NCBI RefSeq assembly: GCF_964355755.1
Contig: NC_092680.1
Span: forward strand, 10,602,001 to 10,666,000
Reading direction: 5' to 3'
Source of the DNA: Antedon mediterranea
Lineage: Eukaryota; Animalia; Echinodermata
Length of the DNA: 64,000 nt
Shown: positions 1-13,778 of the stretch, piece by piece
Numbering within the stretch: position 1 is the stretch's first letter
Layout of the letters: every line of letters begins with the position of its first letter
The notes under the pieces: model-generated
Databases searched by the model: none
What the model was told of the DNA's origin: nothing
What the model saw: only the letters and a program-made list of their open reading frames with translations
Made by a program: the position numbers and the translations under genes

Positions 1-3000
1 TCTCGCTGACCTATCTCTCTCTCGCTGATCTATCTCTCTCTCGCTGATCTATCGCTCTCTCGCTGATCTATCTCTCTCTCTCGCTGATCTATCTCTCTCT
101 CGCGGATCTATCTCTCTCTCTCTCTGATCTATCTCTCTCTCGCTGATCTATCCCTCTCTCGCTGATCTATCTCTCTCTCGCTGATCTATCCCTCTCTTGC
201 TGATCTATCTCTCTCTCGCTGATCTATCCCTCTCTCGCTGATCTATCTCTCTCTCTCGCTGATCTATCTGTGTCTTGCTGATCTATCTCTCTCTCGCTGA
301 TCTATCTGTGTCTCGCTGATCTATCTCTCTCTCGCTGATCTAACTCTCTCTCGCTGATCTATCTCTCTCTCGCTGATCTATCTGTGTCTCTCTAATCTTT
401 ATCTCTCTCGCTGATATCCATCTCTCTGTCGCTTATCTATCTCTCTCTCGCTTATCTATCTCTATCTCGCTGATCTATCTCTCTCTCTCGCTGATCTATC
501 TCTCTTTCGCTGATCTATCTCTCTGTCGCTGATCTATCTCTCTCTCGCTGATCTATTTCTCTGTCGTTGATCTATCTCTCTCTCGCTGATCTGTCTCTCT
601 GTCGCTGATCTATCTCTCTCTCCCTAATCTATCTCTCTGTCGCTGATCTATCTCTCTCTCGCTTATCTATCTCTTTCTCGCTGATCTATCTCTCTCTTGC
701 TGATCTATCTCTCTCTTGCTGATCTATCTCTCTCTCTCGCTGATCTATCTCTCTCTCGCTGATCTATCTCTCTTTCTCGCTGATCTATCTCTCTCTCGCT
801 GATCTATCTCTCTCTCGCTTATCTATCTCTCTCTCACTGATATATCTCTCTCTCACTGATCTATCTCTCTCTCGCTGATCTATCTCTCTCTCGCTGATCT
901 ATCTCTCTCTCTCTCGCTGATCTATCTGTGTCTCGCTGATCTATCTCTCTCTCTCGCTGATCTAACTCTCTTTCGCTGATCTATCTCTCTCTCGTTGATC
1001 TATCTGTGTCTCGCTGATCTATCTCTCTCTCGCTGATCTATCTGTGTCTCGCTGATCTATCTCCCTCTCGCTGATCTATCTCTCTCTCGCTGATCTATCT
1101 CTCTCTCGCTGATCTATCTGTGTCTCGCTGATATATCTCTCTCTCTCTCGCTGATCTATCTCTCTCTCGCTGATCTATCTCTCTCGCTGATCTATCTCTC
1201 TCTCGCTGATCTATCTCTATCTCGCTGATCTATCTCTCTCTCGCTGATCTATCTCTATCTCGCTGATCTATCTCTCTCTCGTTGATCTATCTCTCTCTCG
1301 CTGATCTATCTCTCTCTCGCTGATCTACCTCTCTCTCTCGCTGATCTATCTCTCTCGCTGATCTATCTCTCTCTCTCTCACTGATCTATCTCTTTCTCGC
1401 TGATCTATCTCTCTCTCGCTGATCTATCTCTCTCTCGCTGATATATCTCTCTCTCGCTGATCTATCTCTCTCTCGCTGATCTATCTCTCTCGCTGATCTA
1501 TCGCTCTCTCGCTGATCTATCTCTCTCTCTCGCTGATCTATCTCTCTCTCGCGGATCTATCTCTCTCTCTCTCTGATCTATCTCTCTCTCGCTGATCTAT
1601 CCCTCTCTCGCTGATCTATCTCTCTCTCGCTGATCTATCCCTCTCTCCTCGATCTATCTCTCTCTCGCTGATCTATCTCTCTCGCTCTCGCTGATCTATC
1701 TCTCTCTCGCTGATCTATCTGTGTCTCGCTGATCTATCTCTCTCTCTCTCGCTGATCTAACTCTCTTTCGCTGATCTATCTCTCTCTCTGATCTATCTGT
1801 GTCTCGCTGATCTATCTCTCTCTCGCTGATCTATCTGTGTCTCGCTGATCTATCTCCCTCTCGCTGATCTATCTCTCTCTCGCTGATCTATCTCTTTCTC
1901 GCTGATCTATCTGTGTCTCGCTGATATATCCCTCTCTCTCTCTCTCTCGCTGATCTATCTCTCTCGCTGATCTATCTCTCTGTCGCTGATCTATCTCTCT
2001 CTCGCTGATCTATCTCTCTCTCGCTGATCTATCTCTCTCTCGCTGATCTATATCTCTCTCGCTGATCTCTCTCTCTCTCGCTGATCTATCTCTCTCTCGC
2101 TGATCTATCTTTCTCTCGCTGATCTATCTCTCTCTCGCTGATCTATCTCTCTCTCGCTGATCTATCTCTCTCTCTCTCTCTCTCTCGCTGATCTATCTCT
2201 CTCTCGCTGATCTATCTCTCTCTCTCGCTGATCTATCTTTCTCTCGCTGATCTATCTCTCTCTCGCTGATCTATCTCTCTCTCGCTTATATATATCTCTC
2301 TCTCGCTGATCTATCTCTCTCTCGCTGATCTATCTCTCTCTCGCTGATCTATCTCTCTCTCTCGCTGATCTATCTCTCTCTCTCGCTGATCTATCTCTCT
2401 CTCGCGGATCTATCACTCTCTCTCTCTCTCTGATCTATCTCTCTCTCACTGATCTATCCCTCTCTCGCTGATCTATCTCTCTCTCGCTGATCTATCCCTC
2501 TCTCCTCGATCTATTTCTCTCTCGCTGATCTATCCCTCTCTCGCTGATCTATCTCTCTCTCGCTGATCTATCTGTGTCTTGCTGATCTATCTCTCTCTTG
2601 CTGATCTATCTGTGTCTCGCTGATCTATCTCTCTCTCGCTGATCTAACTCTCTCTCGCTGATCTATCTCTCTCGCTGATCTATCTCTATCTCGCTGATCT
2701 ATCTCTATCTCGCTGATCTATCTCTTTCTCGCTGATCTATCTCTCTCTCGCTGATCTATTTCTCTGTCGTTGATCTATCTCTCTCTCGCTGATCTGTCTC
2801 TCTGTCGCTGATCTATCTCTCTCTCCCTAATCTATCTCTCTGTCGCTGATCTATCTCTCTCTCGCTTATCTATCTCTTTCTCGCTGATCTATCTCTCTCT
2901 TGCTGATCTATCTCTCTCTTGCTGATCTATCTCTCTCTCTCGCTGATCTATCTCTCTCTCGCTGATCTATCTCTCTTTCTCGCTGATCTATCTCTCTCTC

Positions 3001-6000
3001 GCTGATCTATCTCTCTCTCGCTTATCTATCTCTCTCTCACTGATATATCTCTCTCTCACTGATCTATCTCTCTCTCGCTGATCTATCTCTCTCTCGCTGA
3101 TCTATCTCTCTCTCTCTCGCTGATCTATCTGTGTCTCGCTGATCTATCTCTCTCTCTCGCTGATCTAACTCTCTTTCGCTGATCTATCTCTCTCTCGTTG
3201 ATCTATCTGTGTCTCGCTGATCTATCTCTCTCTCGCTGATCTATCTGTGTCTCGCTGATCTATCTCCCTCTCGCTGATCTATCTCTCTCTCGCTGATCTA
3301 TCTCTCTCTCGCTGATCTATCTGTGTCTCGCTGATATATCTCTCTCTCTCTCGCTGATCTATCTCTCTCTCGCTGATCTATCTCTCTCGCTGATCTATCT
3401 CTCTCTCGCTGATCTATCTCTATCTCGCTGATCTATCTCTCTCTCGCTGATCTATCTCTATCTCGCTGATCTATCTCTCTCTCGTTGATCTATCTCTCTC
3501 TCGCTGATCTATCTCTCTCTCGCTGATCTACCTCTCTCTCTCGCTGATCTATCTCTCTCGCTGATCTATCTCTCTCTCTCTCACTGATCTATCTCTTTCT
3601 CGCTGATCTATCTCTCTCTCGCTGATCTATCTCTCTCTCGCTGATATATCTCTCTCTCGCTGATCTATCTCTCTCTCGCTGATCTATCTCTCTCGCTGAT
3701 CTATCGCTCTCTCGCTGATCTATCTCTCTCTCTCTCTGATCTATCTCTCTCTCGCTGATCTATCCCTCTCTCGCTGATCTATCTCTCTCTCGCTGATCTA
3801 TCCCTCTCTCCTCGATCTATCTCTCTCTCGCTGATCTATCTCTCTCGCTCTCGCTGATCTATCTCTCTCTCGCTGATCTATCTGTGTCTCGCTGATCTAT
3901 CTCTCTCTCTCTCGCTGATCTAACTCTCTTTCGCTGATCTATCTCTCTCTCTGATCTATCTGTGTCTCGCTGATCTATCTCTCTCTCGCTGATCTATCTG
4001 TGTCTCGCTGATCTATCTCCCTCTCGCTGATCTATCTCTCTCTCGCTGATCTATCTCTTTCTCGCTGATCTATCTGTGTCTCGCTGATATATCCCTCTCT
4101 CTCTCTCTCTCGCTGATCTATCTCTCTCGCTGATCTATCTCTCTGTCGCTGATCTATCTCTCTCTCGCTGATCTATCTCTCTCTCGCTGATCTATCTCTC
4201 TCTCGCTGATCTATATCTCTCTCGCTGATCTCTCTCTCTCTCGCTGATCTATCTCTCTCTCGCTGATCTATCTTTCTCTCGCTGATCTATCTCTCTCTCG
4301 CTGATCTATCTCTCTCTCGCTGATCTATCTCTCTCTCTCTCTCTCTCGCTGATCTATCTCTCTCTCGCTGATCTATCTCTCTCTCTCGCTGATCTATCTC
4401 TCTCTCGCTGATCTATCTCTCTCTCGCTGATCTATCTCTCTCTCGCTTATATATATCTCTCTCTCGCTGATCTATCTCTCTCTCGCTGATCTATCTCTCT
4501 CTCGCTGATCTATCTCTCTCTCTCGCTGATCTATCTCTCTCTCTCGCTGATCTATCTCTCTCTCGCGGATCTATCACTCTCTCTCTCTCTCTGATCTATC
4601 TCTCTCTCGCTGATCTATCCCTCTCTCGCTGATCTATCTCTCTCTCGCTGATCTATCCCTCTCTCCTCGATCTATTTCTCTCTCGCTGATCTATCCCTCT
4701 CTCGCTGATCTATCTCTCTCTCGCTGATCTATCTGTGTCTTGCTGATCTATCTCTCTCTTGCTGATCTATCTGTGTCTCGCTGATCTATCTCTCTCTCGC
4801 TGATCTAACTCTCTCTCGCTGATCTATCTCTCTCGCTGATCTATCTCTATCTCGCTGATCTATCTCTATCTCGCTGATCTATCTCTTTCTCGCTGATCTA
4901 TCTCTCTCTCGCTGATCTATCTCTCTCTCGCTGATCTATCTGTGTCTCGCTGATCTTTCTCTCTCTCTCGCTGATCTAACTCTCTTTTGCTGATCTATCT
5001 CTCTCTCACTGATCTATCTGTGTCTCGCTGATCTATCTCTCTCTCAATGATCTATCTGTGTCTCGCTGATCTATCTCCCTCTCGCTGATCTATCTCTCTC
5101 TCGCTGATCTATCTCTCTCTCGCTGATCTATCTGTGTCTCGCTGATATATCTCTCTCTCTCTCGCTGATCTATCTCTCTCTCGCTGATCCATCTCTCTCG
5201 CTGATCTATCTCTCTCTCACTCATCTATCTCTCTCTCTCTCTGTCGCTGATCTATCTCTCTGTCGCTGATCTATCTCTCTCTCTCGCTGATCTATATCTC
5301 TCTCGCTGATCTATCTCTCTCTCTCGCTGATCTATCTCTCTCTCGCTGATCTATCTATCTCTCTGTCGCTGATCTATCTCTCTCTCTCTGATCTATCTCT
5401 CTGTCGTTGATCTATCTCTCTCTCGCTCATCTATCTCTCTCTCGCTGATCTATCTCTCTCTCGCTGATCTATCCCTCTCTCCTCGATCTATCTCTCTCTC
5501 GCTGATCTATCTCTCTCTCGCTGATCTATCTGTGTCTCGCTGATCTATCTCTCTCTCTCTCGCTGATCTAACTCTCTTTCGCTGATCTATCTCTCTCTCT
5601 CTGATCTATCTGTGTCTCGCTGATCTATCTCTCTCTCGCTGATCTATCTGTGTCTCGCTGATCTATCTCCCTCTCGCTGATCTATCTCTCTCTCGCTGAT
5701 CTATCTCTCTCTCGCTGATCTATCTGTGTCTCGCTGATATATCCCTCTCTCTCTCTCTCGCTGATCTATCTCTCTCGCTGATCTATCTCTCTCGCTGATC
5801 TATCTCTCTGTCGCTGTTCTATCTCTCTCTCGCTGATCTATCTCTCTGTCGCTGATCTATCTCTCTCTCGCTGATCTATATCTCTCTCGCTGATCTCTCT
5901 CTCTCTCGCTGATCTATCTCTCTCTCGCTGATCTATCTCTCTCTCGCTGATCTATCTCTCTCTCGCTGATCTATCTCTCTCTCGCTGATCTATCTCTCTC

Positions 6001-9000
6001 TCTCTCTCGCTGATCTATCTCTCTCTCGCTGATCTATCTCTCTCTCTCGCTGATCTATCTCTCTCTCGCTGATCTATCTCTCTCTCGCTGATCTATCTCT
6101 CTCTCGCTGATATATCTCTCTCTCGCTGATCTATCTCTCTCTCGCTGATCTATCTCTCTAACGCTGATCTATCGCTCTCTCGCTGATCTATCTCTCTCTC
6201 TCGCTGATCTATCTCTCTCTCGCGGATCTATCACTCTCTCTCTCTCTGATCTATCTCTCTCTCGCTGATCTATCCCTCTCTCGCTGATCTATCTCTCTCT
6301 CGCTGATCTATCCCTCTCTCCTCGATCTATCTCTCTCTCGCTGATCTATCCCTCTCTCGCTGATCTATCTCTCTCTCGCTGATCTATCTGTGTCTTGCTG
6401 ATCTATCTCTCTCTCGCTGATCTATCTGTGTCTTGCTGATCTATCTCTCTCTCTCTGATCTATCTCTCTGTCGTTGATCTATCTCTCTCTCGCTCATCTA
6501 TCTCTCTCTCGCTGATCTATCTCTCTCTCGCTGATCTATCCCTCTCTCCTCGATCTATCTCTCTCTCGCTGATCTATCTCTCTCTCGCTGATCTATCTGT
6601 GTCTCGCTGATCTATCTCTCTCTCTCTCGCTGATCTAACTCTCTTTCGCTGATCTATCTCTCTCTCTCTGATCTATCTGTGTCTCGCTGATCTATCTCTC
6701 TCTCGCTGATCTATCTGTGTCTCGCTGATCTATCTCCCTCTCGCTGATCTATCTCTCTCTCGCTGATCTATCTCTCTCTCGCTGATCTATCTGTGTCTCG
6801 CTGATATATCCCTCTCTCTCTCTCTCGCTGATCTATCTCTCTCGCTGATCTATCTCTCTCGCTGATCTATCTCTCTGTCGCTGTTCTATCTCTCTCTCGC
6901 TGATCTATCTCTCTGTCGCTGATCTATCTCTCTCTCGCTGATCTATATCTCTCTCGCTGATCTCTCTCTCTCTCGCTGATCTATCTCTCTCTCGCTGATC
7001 TATCTCTCTCTCGCTGATCTATCTCTCTCTCGCTGATCTATCTCTCTCTCGCTGATCTATCTCTCTCTCTCTCTCGCTGATCTATCTCTCTCTCGCTGAT
7101 CTATCTCTCTCTCTCGCTGATCTATCTCTCTCTCGCTGATCTATCTCTCTCTCGCTGATCTATCTCTCTCTCGCTGATATATCTCTCTCTCGCTGATCTA
7201 TCTCTCTCTCGCTGATCTATCTCTCTAACGCTGATCTATCGCTCTCTCGCTGATCTATCTCTCTCTCTCGCTGATCTATCTCTCTCTCGCGGATCTATCA
7301 CTCTCTCTCTCTCTGATCTATCTCTCTCTCGCTGATCTATCCCTCTCTCGCTGATCTATCTCTCTCTCGCTGATCTATCCCTCTCTCCTCGATCTATCTC
7401 TCTCTCGCTGATCTATCCCTCTCTCGCTGATCTATCTCTCTCTCGCTGATCTATCTGTGTCTTGCTGATCTATCTCTCTCTTGCTGATCTATCTGTGTCT
7501 CGCTGATCTATCTCTCTCTCGCTGATCTAACTCTCTCTCGCTGATCTATCTTTCTCGCTGATCTATCTCTATCTCGCTGATCTATCTCTATCTCGCTGAT
7601 CTATCTCTTTCTCGCTGATCTATCTCTCTCTCGCTGATCTATCTCTCTCTCGCTGATCTATCTGTGTCTCGCTGATCTTTCTCTCTCTCTCTCGCTGATC
7701 TAACTCTCTTTCGCTGATCTATCTCTCTCTCGCTGATCTATCTGTGTCTCGCTGATCTATCTCTCTCTCACTGATCTATCTGTGTCTCGCTGATCTATCT
7801 CCCTCTCGCTGATCTATCTCTCTCTCGCTGATCTATCTCTCTCTCGCTGATCTATCTGTGTCTCGCTGATATATCTCTTTCTCTCTCGCTCATCTATCTC
7901 TCTCTCGCTGATCCATCTCTCTCGCTGATCTATCTCTCTCTCGCTCATCTATCTCTCTCTCGCTGATCTATCTCTCTGTCGCTGATCTATCTCTCTCTCT
8001 CGCTGATCTATATCTCTCTCGCTGATCTATCTCTCTCTCTCGCTGATCTATCTCTCTCTCGCTGATCTATCTATCTCTCTGTCGCTGATCTATCTCTCTC
8101 TCGCTGATCTATCTCTCTGTCGTTGATCTATCTCTCTCTCGCTCATCTAAATCTCTCTCACTGATCTATCTCTCTCTCGCTGATCTATCCCTCTCTCCTC
8201 GATCTATCTCTCTCTCGCTGATCTATCTCTCTCTCGCTTATCTATCTCTCTCTCGCTGATCTATCTGTGTCTCGCTGATCTATCTCTCTCTCTCTCGCTG
8301 ATCTAACTCTCTTTCGCTGATCTATCTCTCTCTCTCTGATCTATCTGTGTCTCGCTGATCTATCTCTCTCTCGCTGATCTATCTGTGTCTCGCTGATCTA
8401 TCTCCCTCTCTCTGATCTATCTCTCTCTCGCTGATCTATCTCTCTCTCTCGCTGATCTATCTGTGTCTCGCTGATATATCCCTCTCTCTCTCTCTCGCTG
8501 ATCTATCTCTCTCGCTGATCTATCTCTCTCGCTGATCTATCTCTCTGTCGCTGATCTATCTCTCTGTCGCTGATCTATCTCTCTGTCGCTGATCTATCTC
8601 TCTCTCGCTGATCTATATCTCTCTCGCTGATCTATCTGTGTCTCGCTGATATATCCCTCTCTCTCTCTCTCTCGCTGATCTATCTCTCTCGCTGATCTAT
8701 CTCTCTGTCGCTGATCTATCTCTCTCTCGCTGATCTATCTCTCTGTCGCTGATCTATCTCTCTCTCGCTGATCTATATCTCTCTCGCTGATCTCTCTCTC
8801 TCTCGCTGATCTATCTCTCTCTCGCTGATCTATCTCTCTCTCGCTGATCTATCTCTCTCTCGCTGATCTATCTCTCTCTCGCTGATCTATCTCTCTCTCT
8901 CTCTCTCGCTGATCTATCTCTCTCTCGCTGATCTATCTCTCTCTCTCGCTGATCTATCTCTCTCTCGCTGATCTATCTCTCTCTCGCTGATCTATCTCTC

Positions 9001-12000
9001 TCTCGCTTATATATATCTCTCTCTCGCTGATCTATCTCTCTCTCGCTGATCTATCTCTCTCTCGCTGATCTATCGCTCTCTCGCTGATCTATCTCTCTCT
9101 CTCGCTGATCTATCTCTCTCTCGCGGATCTAACACTCTCTCTCTCTCTGATCTATATCTCTCTCGCTGATCTATCCCTCTCTCGCTGATCTATCTCTCTC
9201 TCGCTGATCTATCCCTCTCTCCTCGATCTATCTCTCTCTCGCTGATCTATCCCTCTCTCGCTGATCTATCTCTCTCTCGCTGATCTATCTGTGTCTTGCT
9301 GATCTATCTCTCTCTTGCTGATCTATCTGTGTCTCGCTGATCTATCTCTCTCTCGCTGATCTAACTCTCTCTCGCTGATCTATCTCTCTCGCTAATCTAT
9401 CTCTATCTCGCTGATCTATCTCTATCTCGCTGATCTATCTCTTTCTCGCTGATCTATCTCTCTCTCGCTGATCTATCTCTCTCTCGCTGATCTATCTGTG
9501 TCTCGCTGATCTTTCTCTCTCTCTCGCTGATCTAACTCTCTTTTGCTGATCTATCTCTCTCTCACTGATCTATCTGTGTCTCGCTGATCTATCTCTCTCT
9601 CACTGATCTATCTGTGTCTCGCTGATCTATCTCCCTCTCGCTGATCTATCTCTCTCTCGCTGATCTATCTCTCTCTCGCTGATCTATCTGTGTCTCGCTG
9701 ATATATCTCTCTTTCTCTCGCTGATCTATCTCTCTCTCGCTGATCCATCTCTCTCGCTGATCTATCTCTCTCTCACTCATCTATCTCTCTCTCTCTCGCT
9801 GATCTATCTCTCTGTCGCTGATCTATCTCTCTCTCTCGCTGATCTATATCTCTCTCGCTGATCTATCTCTCTCTCTCGCTGATCTATCTCTCTCTCGCTG
9901 ATCTATCTATCTCTCTGTCGCTGATCTATCTCTCTCTCTCTGATCTATCTCTCTGTCGTTGATCTATCTCTCTCTCGCTCATCTATCTCTCTCTCGCTGA
10001 TCTATCTCTCTCTCGCTGATCTATCCCTCTCTCCTCGATCTATCTCTCTCTCGCTGATCTATCTTTCTCTCGCTGATCTATCTGTGTCTCGCTGATCTAT
10101 CTCTCTCTCTCTCGCTGATCTAACTCTCTTTCGCTGATCTATCTCTCTCTCTCTGATCTATCTGTGTCTCGCTGATCTATCTCTCTCTCGCTGATCTATC
10201 TGTGTCTCGCTGATCTATCTCCCTCTCGCTGATCTATCTCTCTCTCGCTGATCTATCTCTCTCTCACTGATCTATCTGTGTCTCGCTGATATATCCCTCT
10301 CTCTCTCTCTCGCTGATCTATCTCTCTCGCTGATCTATCTCTCTCGCTGATCTATCTCTCTGTCGCTGATCTATCTCTCTCTCGCTGATCTATCTCTCTG
10401 TCGCTGATCTATCTCTCTCTCGCTGATCTATATCTCTCTCGCTGATCTCTCTCTCTCTCTCGCTGATCTATCTCTCTCTCGCTGATCTCTCTCTCTCTCG
10501 CTGATCTATCTCTCTCTCGCTGATCTATCTCTCTCTCGCTGATCTATCTCTCTCTCTCTCGCTGATCTATCTCTCTCTCGCTGATCTATCTCTCTCTCTC
10601 GCTGATCTATCTCTCTCTCGCTGATCTATCTCTCTCTCGCTGATCTATCTCTCTCTCGCTGATATATCTCTCTCTCGCTGATCTATCTCTCTCTCGCTGA
10701 TCTATCTCTCTAACGCTGATCTATCGTTCTCTCGCTGATCTATCTCTCTCTCTCGCTGATCTATCTCTCTCTCGCGGATCTATCACTCTCTCTCTCTGAT
10801 CTATCTCTCTCTCGCTGATCTATCCCTCTCTCGCTGATCTATCTCTCTCTCGCTGATCTATCCCTCTCTCCTCGATCTATCTCTCTCTCGCTGATCTATC
10901 CCTCTCTCGCTGATCTATCTCTCTCTCGCTGATCTATCTGTGTCTTGCTGATCTATCTCTCTCTTGCTGATCTATCTGTGTCTCGCTGATCTATCTCTCT
11001 CTCGCTGATCTAACTCTCTCTCGCTGATCTATCTTTCTCGCTGATCTATCTCTATCTCGCTGATCTATCTCTATCTCGCTGATCTATCTCTTTCTCGCTG
11101 ATCTATCTCTCTCTCGCTGATCTATCTCTCTCTCGCTGATCTATCTGTGTCTCGCTGATCTTTCTCTCTCTCTCTCGCTGATCTAACTCTCCTTCGCTGA
11201 TCTATCTCTCTCTCGCTGATCTATCTGTGTCTCGCTGATCTATCTCTCTCTCACTGATCTATCTGTGTCTCGCTGATCTATCTCCCTCTCGCTGATCTAT
11301 CTCTCTCTCGCTGATCTATCTCTCTCTCGCTGATCTATCTGTGTCTCGCTGATATATCTCTCTCTCTCTCGCTCATCTATCTCTCTCTCGCTGATCCATC
11401 TCTCTCGCTGATCTATCTCTCTCTCGCTCATCTATCTCTCTCTCGCTGATCTATCTCTCTGTCGCTGATCTATCTCTCTCTCTCGCTGATCTATATCTCT
11501 CTCGCTGATCTATCTCTCTCTCTCGCTGATCTATCTCTCTCTCGCTGTCCATCTATCTCTCTGTCGCTGATCTATCTCTCTCTCGCTGATCTATCTCTCT
11601 GTCGTTGATCTATCTCTCTCTCGCTCATCTAAATCTCTCTCGCTGATCTATCTCTCTCTCGCTGATCTATCCCTCTCTCCTCGATCTATCTCTCTCTCGC
11701 TGATCTATCTCTCTCTCGCTGATCTATCTCTCTCCCGCTGATCTATCTGTGTCTCGCTGATCTATCTCTCTCTCTCTCGCTGATCTAACTCTCTTTCGCT
11801 GATCTATCTCTCTCTCTCTGATCTATCTGTGTCTCGCTGATCTATCTCTCTCTCGCTGATCTATCTGTGTCTCGCTGATCTTTCTCCCTCTCGCTGATCT
11901 ATCTCTCTCTCGCTGATCTATCTCTCTCTCGCTGATCTATCTGTGTCTCGCTGATATATCCCTCTCTCTCTCTCTCGCTGATCTATCTCTCTCGCTGATC

Positions 12001-13721
12001 TATCTCTCTCGCTGATCTATCTCTCTGTCGCTGATCTATCTCTCTGTCGCTGATCTATCTCTCTGTCGCTGATCTATCTCTCTCTCGCTGATCTATATCT
12101 CTCTCGCTGATCTCTCTCTCTCTCTCGCTGAGCTATCTCTCTCTCGCTGATCTATCTCTCTCTCGCTGATCTATCTCTCTCTCGCTGATCTATCTCTCTC
12201 TCGCTGATCTATCTCTCTCTCTCTCTCGCTGATCTATCTCTCTCTCTCGCTGATCTATCTCTCTCTCGCTGATCTATCTCTCTCTCGCTGATCTATCTCT
12301 CTCTCGCTGATATATCTCTCTCTCACTGATCTATCTCTCTCTCGCTGATCTATCTCTCTCTCGCTGATCTATCGCTCTCTCGCTGATCTATCTCTCTCTC
12401 TCGCTGATCTATCTCTCTCTCGCGGATCTATCACTCTCTCTCTCTGATCTATCTCTCTCTCGCTGATCTATCCCTCTCTCGCTGATCTATCTCTCTCTCG
12501 CTGATCTATCCCTCTCTCCTCGATCTATCTCTCTCTCGCTGATCTATCCCTCTCTCGCTGATCTATCTCTCTCTCGCTGATCTATCTGTGTCTTGCTGAT
12601 CTATCTCTCTCTTGCTGATCTATCTGTGTCTCGCTGATCTATCTCTCTCTCGCTGATCTAACTCTCTCTCGCTGATCTATCTTTCTCGCTGATCTATCTC
12701 TATCTCGTTGATCTATCTCTATCTCGCTGATCTATCTCTTTCTCGCTGATCTATCTCTCTCTCGCTGATCTATCTCTCTCTCGCTGATCTATCTGTGTCT
12801 CGCTGATCTTTTTCTCTCTCTCTCGCTGATCTAACTCTCTTTCGCTGATCTATCTCTCTCTCGCTGATCTATCTGTGTCTCGCTGATCTATCTCTCTCTC
12901 ACTGATCTATCTGTGTCTCGCTGATCTATCTCCCTCTCGCTGATCTATCTCTCTCTCGCTGATCTATCTCTCTCTCGCTGATCTATCTGTGTCTCGCTGA
13001 TATATCTCTCTCTCTCGCTGATCTATCTCTCTCTCGCTGATCCATCTCTCTCGCTGATCTATCTCTCTCTCGCTCATCTATCTCTCTCTCGCTGATCTAT
13101 CTCTCTGTCACTGATCTATCTCTCTCTCTCGCTGATCTATATCTCTCTCGCTGATCTATCTCTCTCTCTCCCTGATCTATCTCTCTCTCGCTGATCTATC
13201 TATCTCTCTGTCGCTGATCTATCTCTCTCTCGCTGATCTATCTCTCTGTCGTTGATCTATCTCTCTCTCGCTCATCTATCTCTCTCTCGCTGATCTATCT
13301 CACTGTCGCTGATCTATATCTCCCTCGCTGATCTATCTCTCTCTCTCGCTGATCTATCTCTCTCTCGCTGATCTATCTATCTTTCTGTCGCTGATCTATC
13401 TCTCTCTCGCTGATCTATCTCTCTGTCGTTGATCTATCTCTCTATCGCTGATCTGTCTCTCTGTCGCTGATCTATCTCTCTCTCGCTGATCTATCTCTCT
13501 CTCGCTGATCTATCTCTATCTCGCTGATCTATCTCTCTCTCGCTGATCTATCTCTCTCTCTCTCTGATCTATCTCTCTCTTGCTGATCTATCTCTCTCTC
13601 TCGCTGATCTATCTCTCTCTCGCTGATCTATCTCTCTCTCGCTGATCTATCTCTCTCTAGCTGATTTATCTCCCTTTCGCTGATCTATCTCTCTCTCGCT
13701 GATCTATCTCTCTCTTGCTGA

Positions 13722-13778
<57 letters not shown>
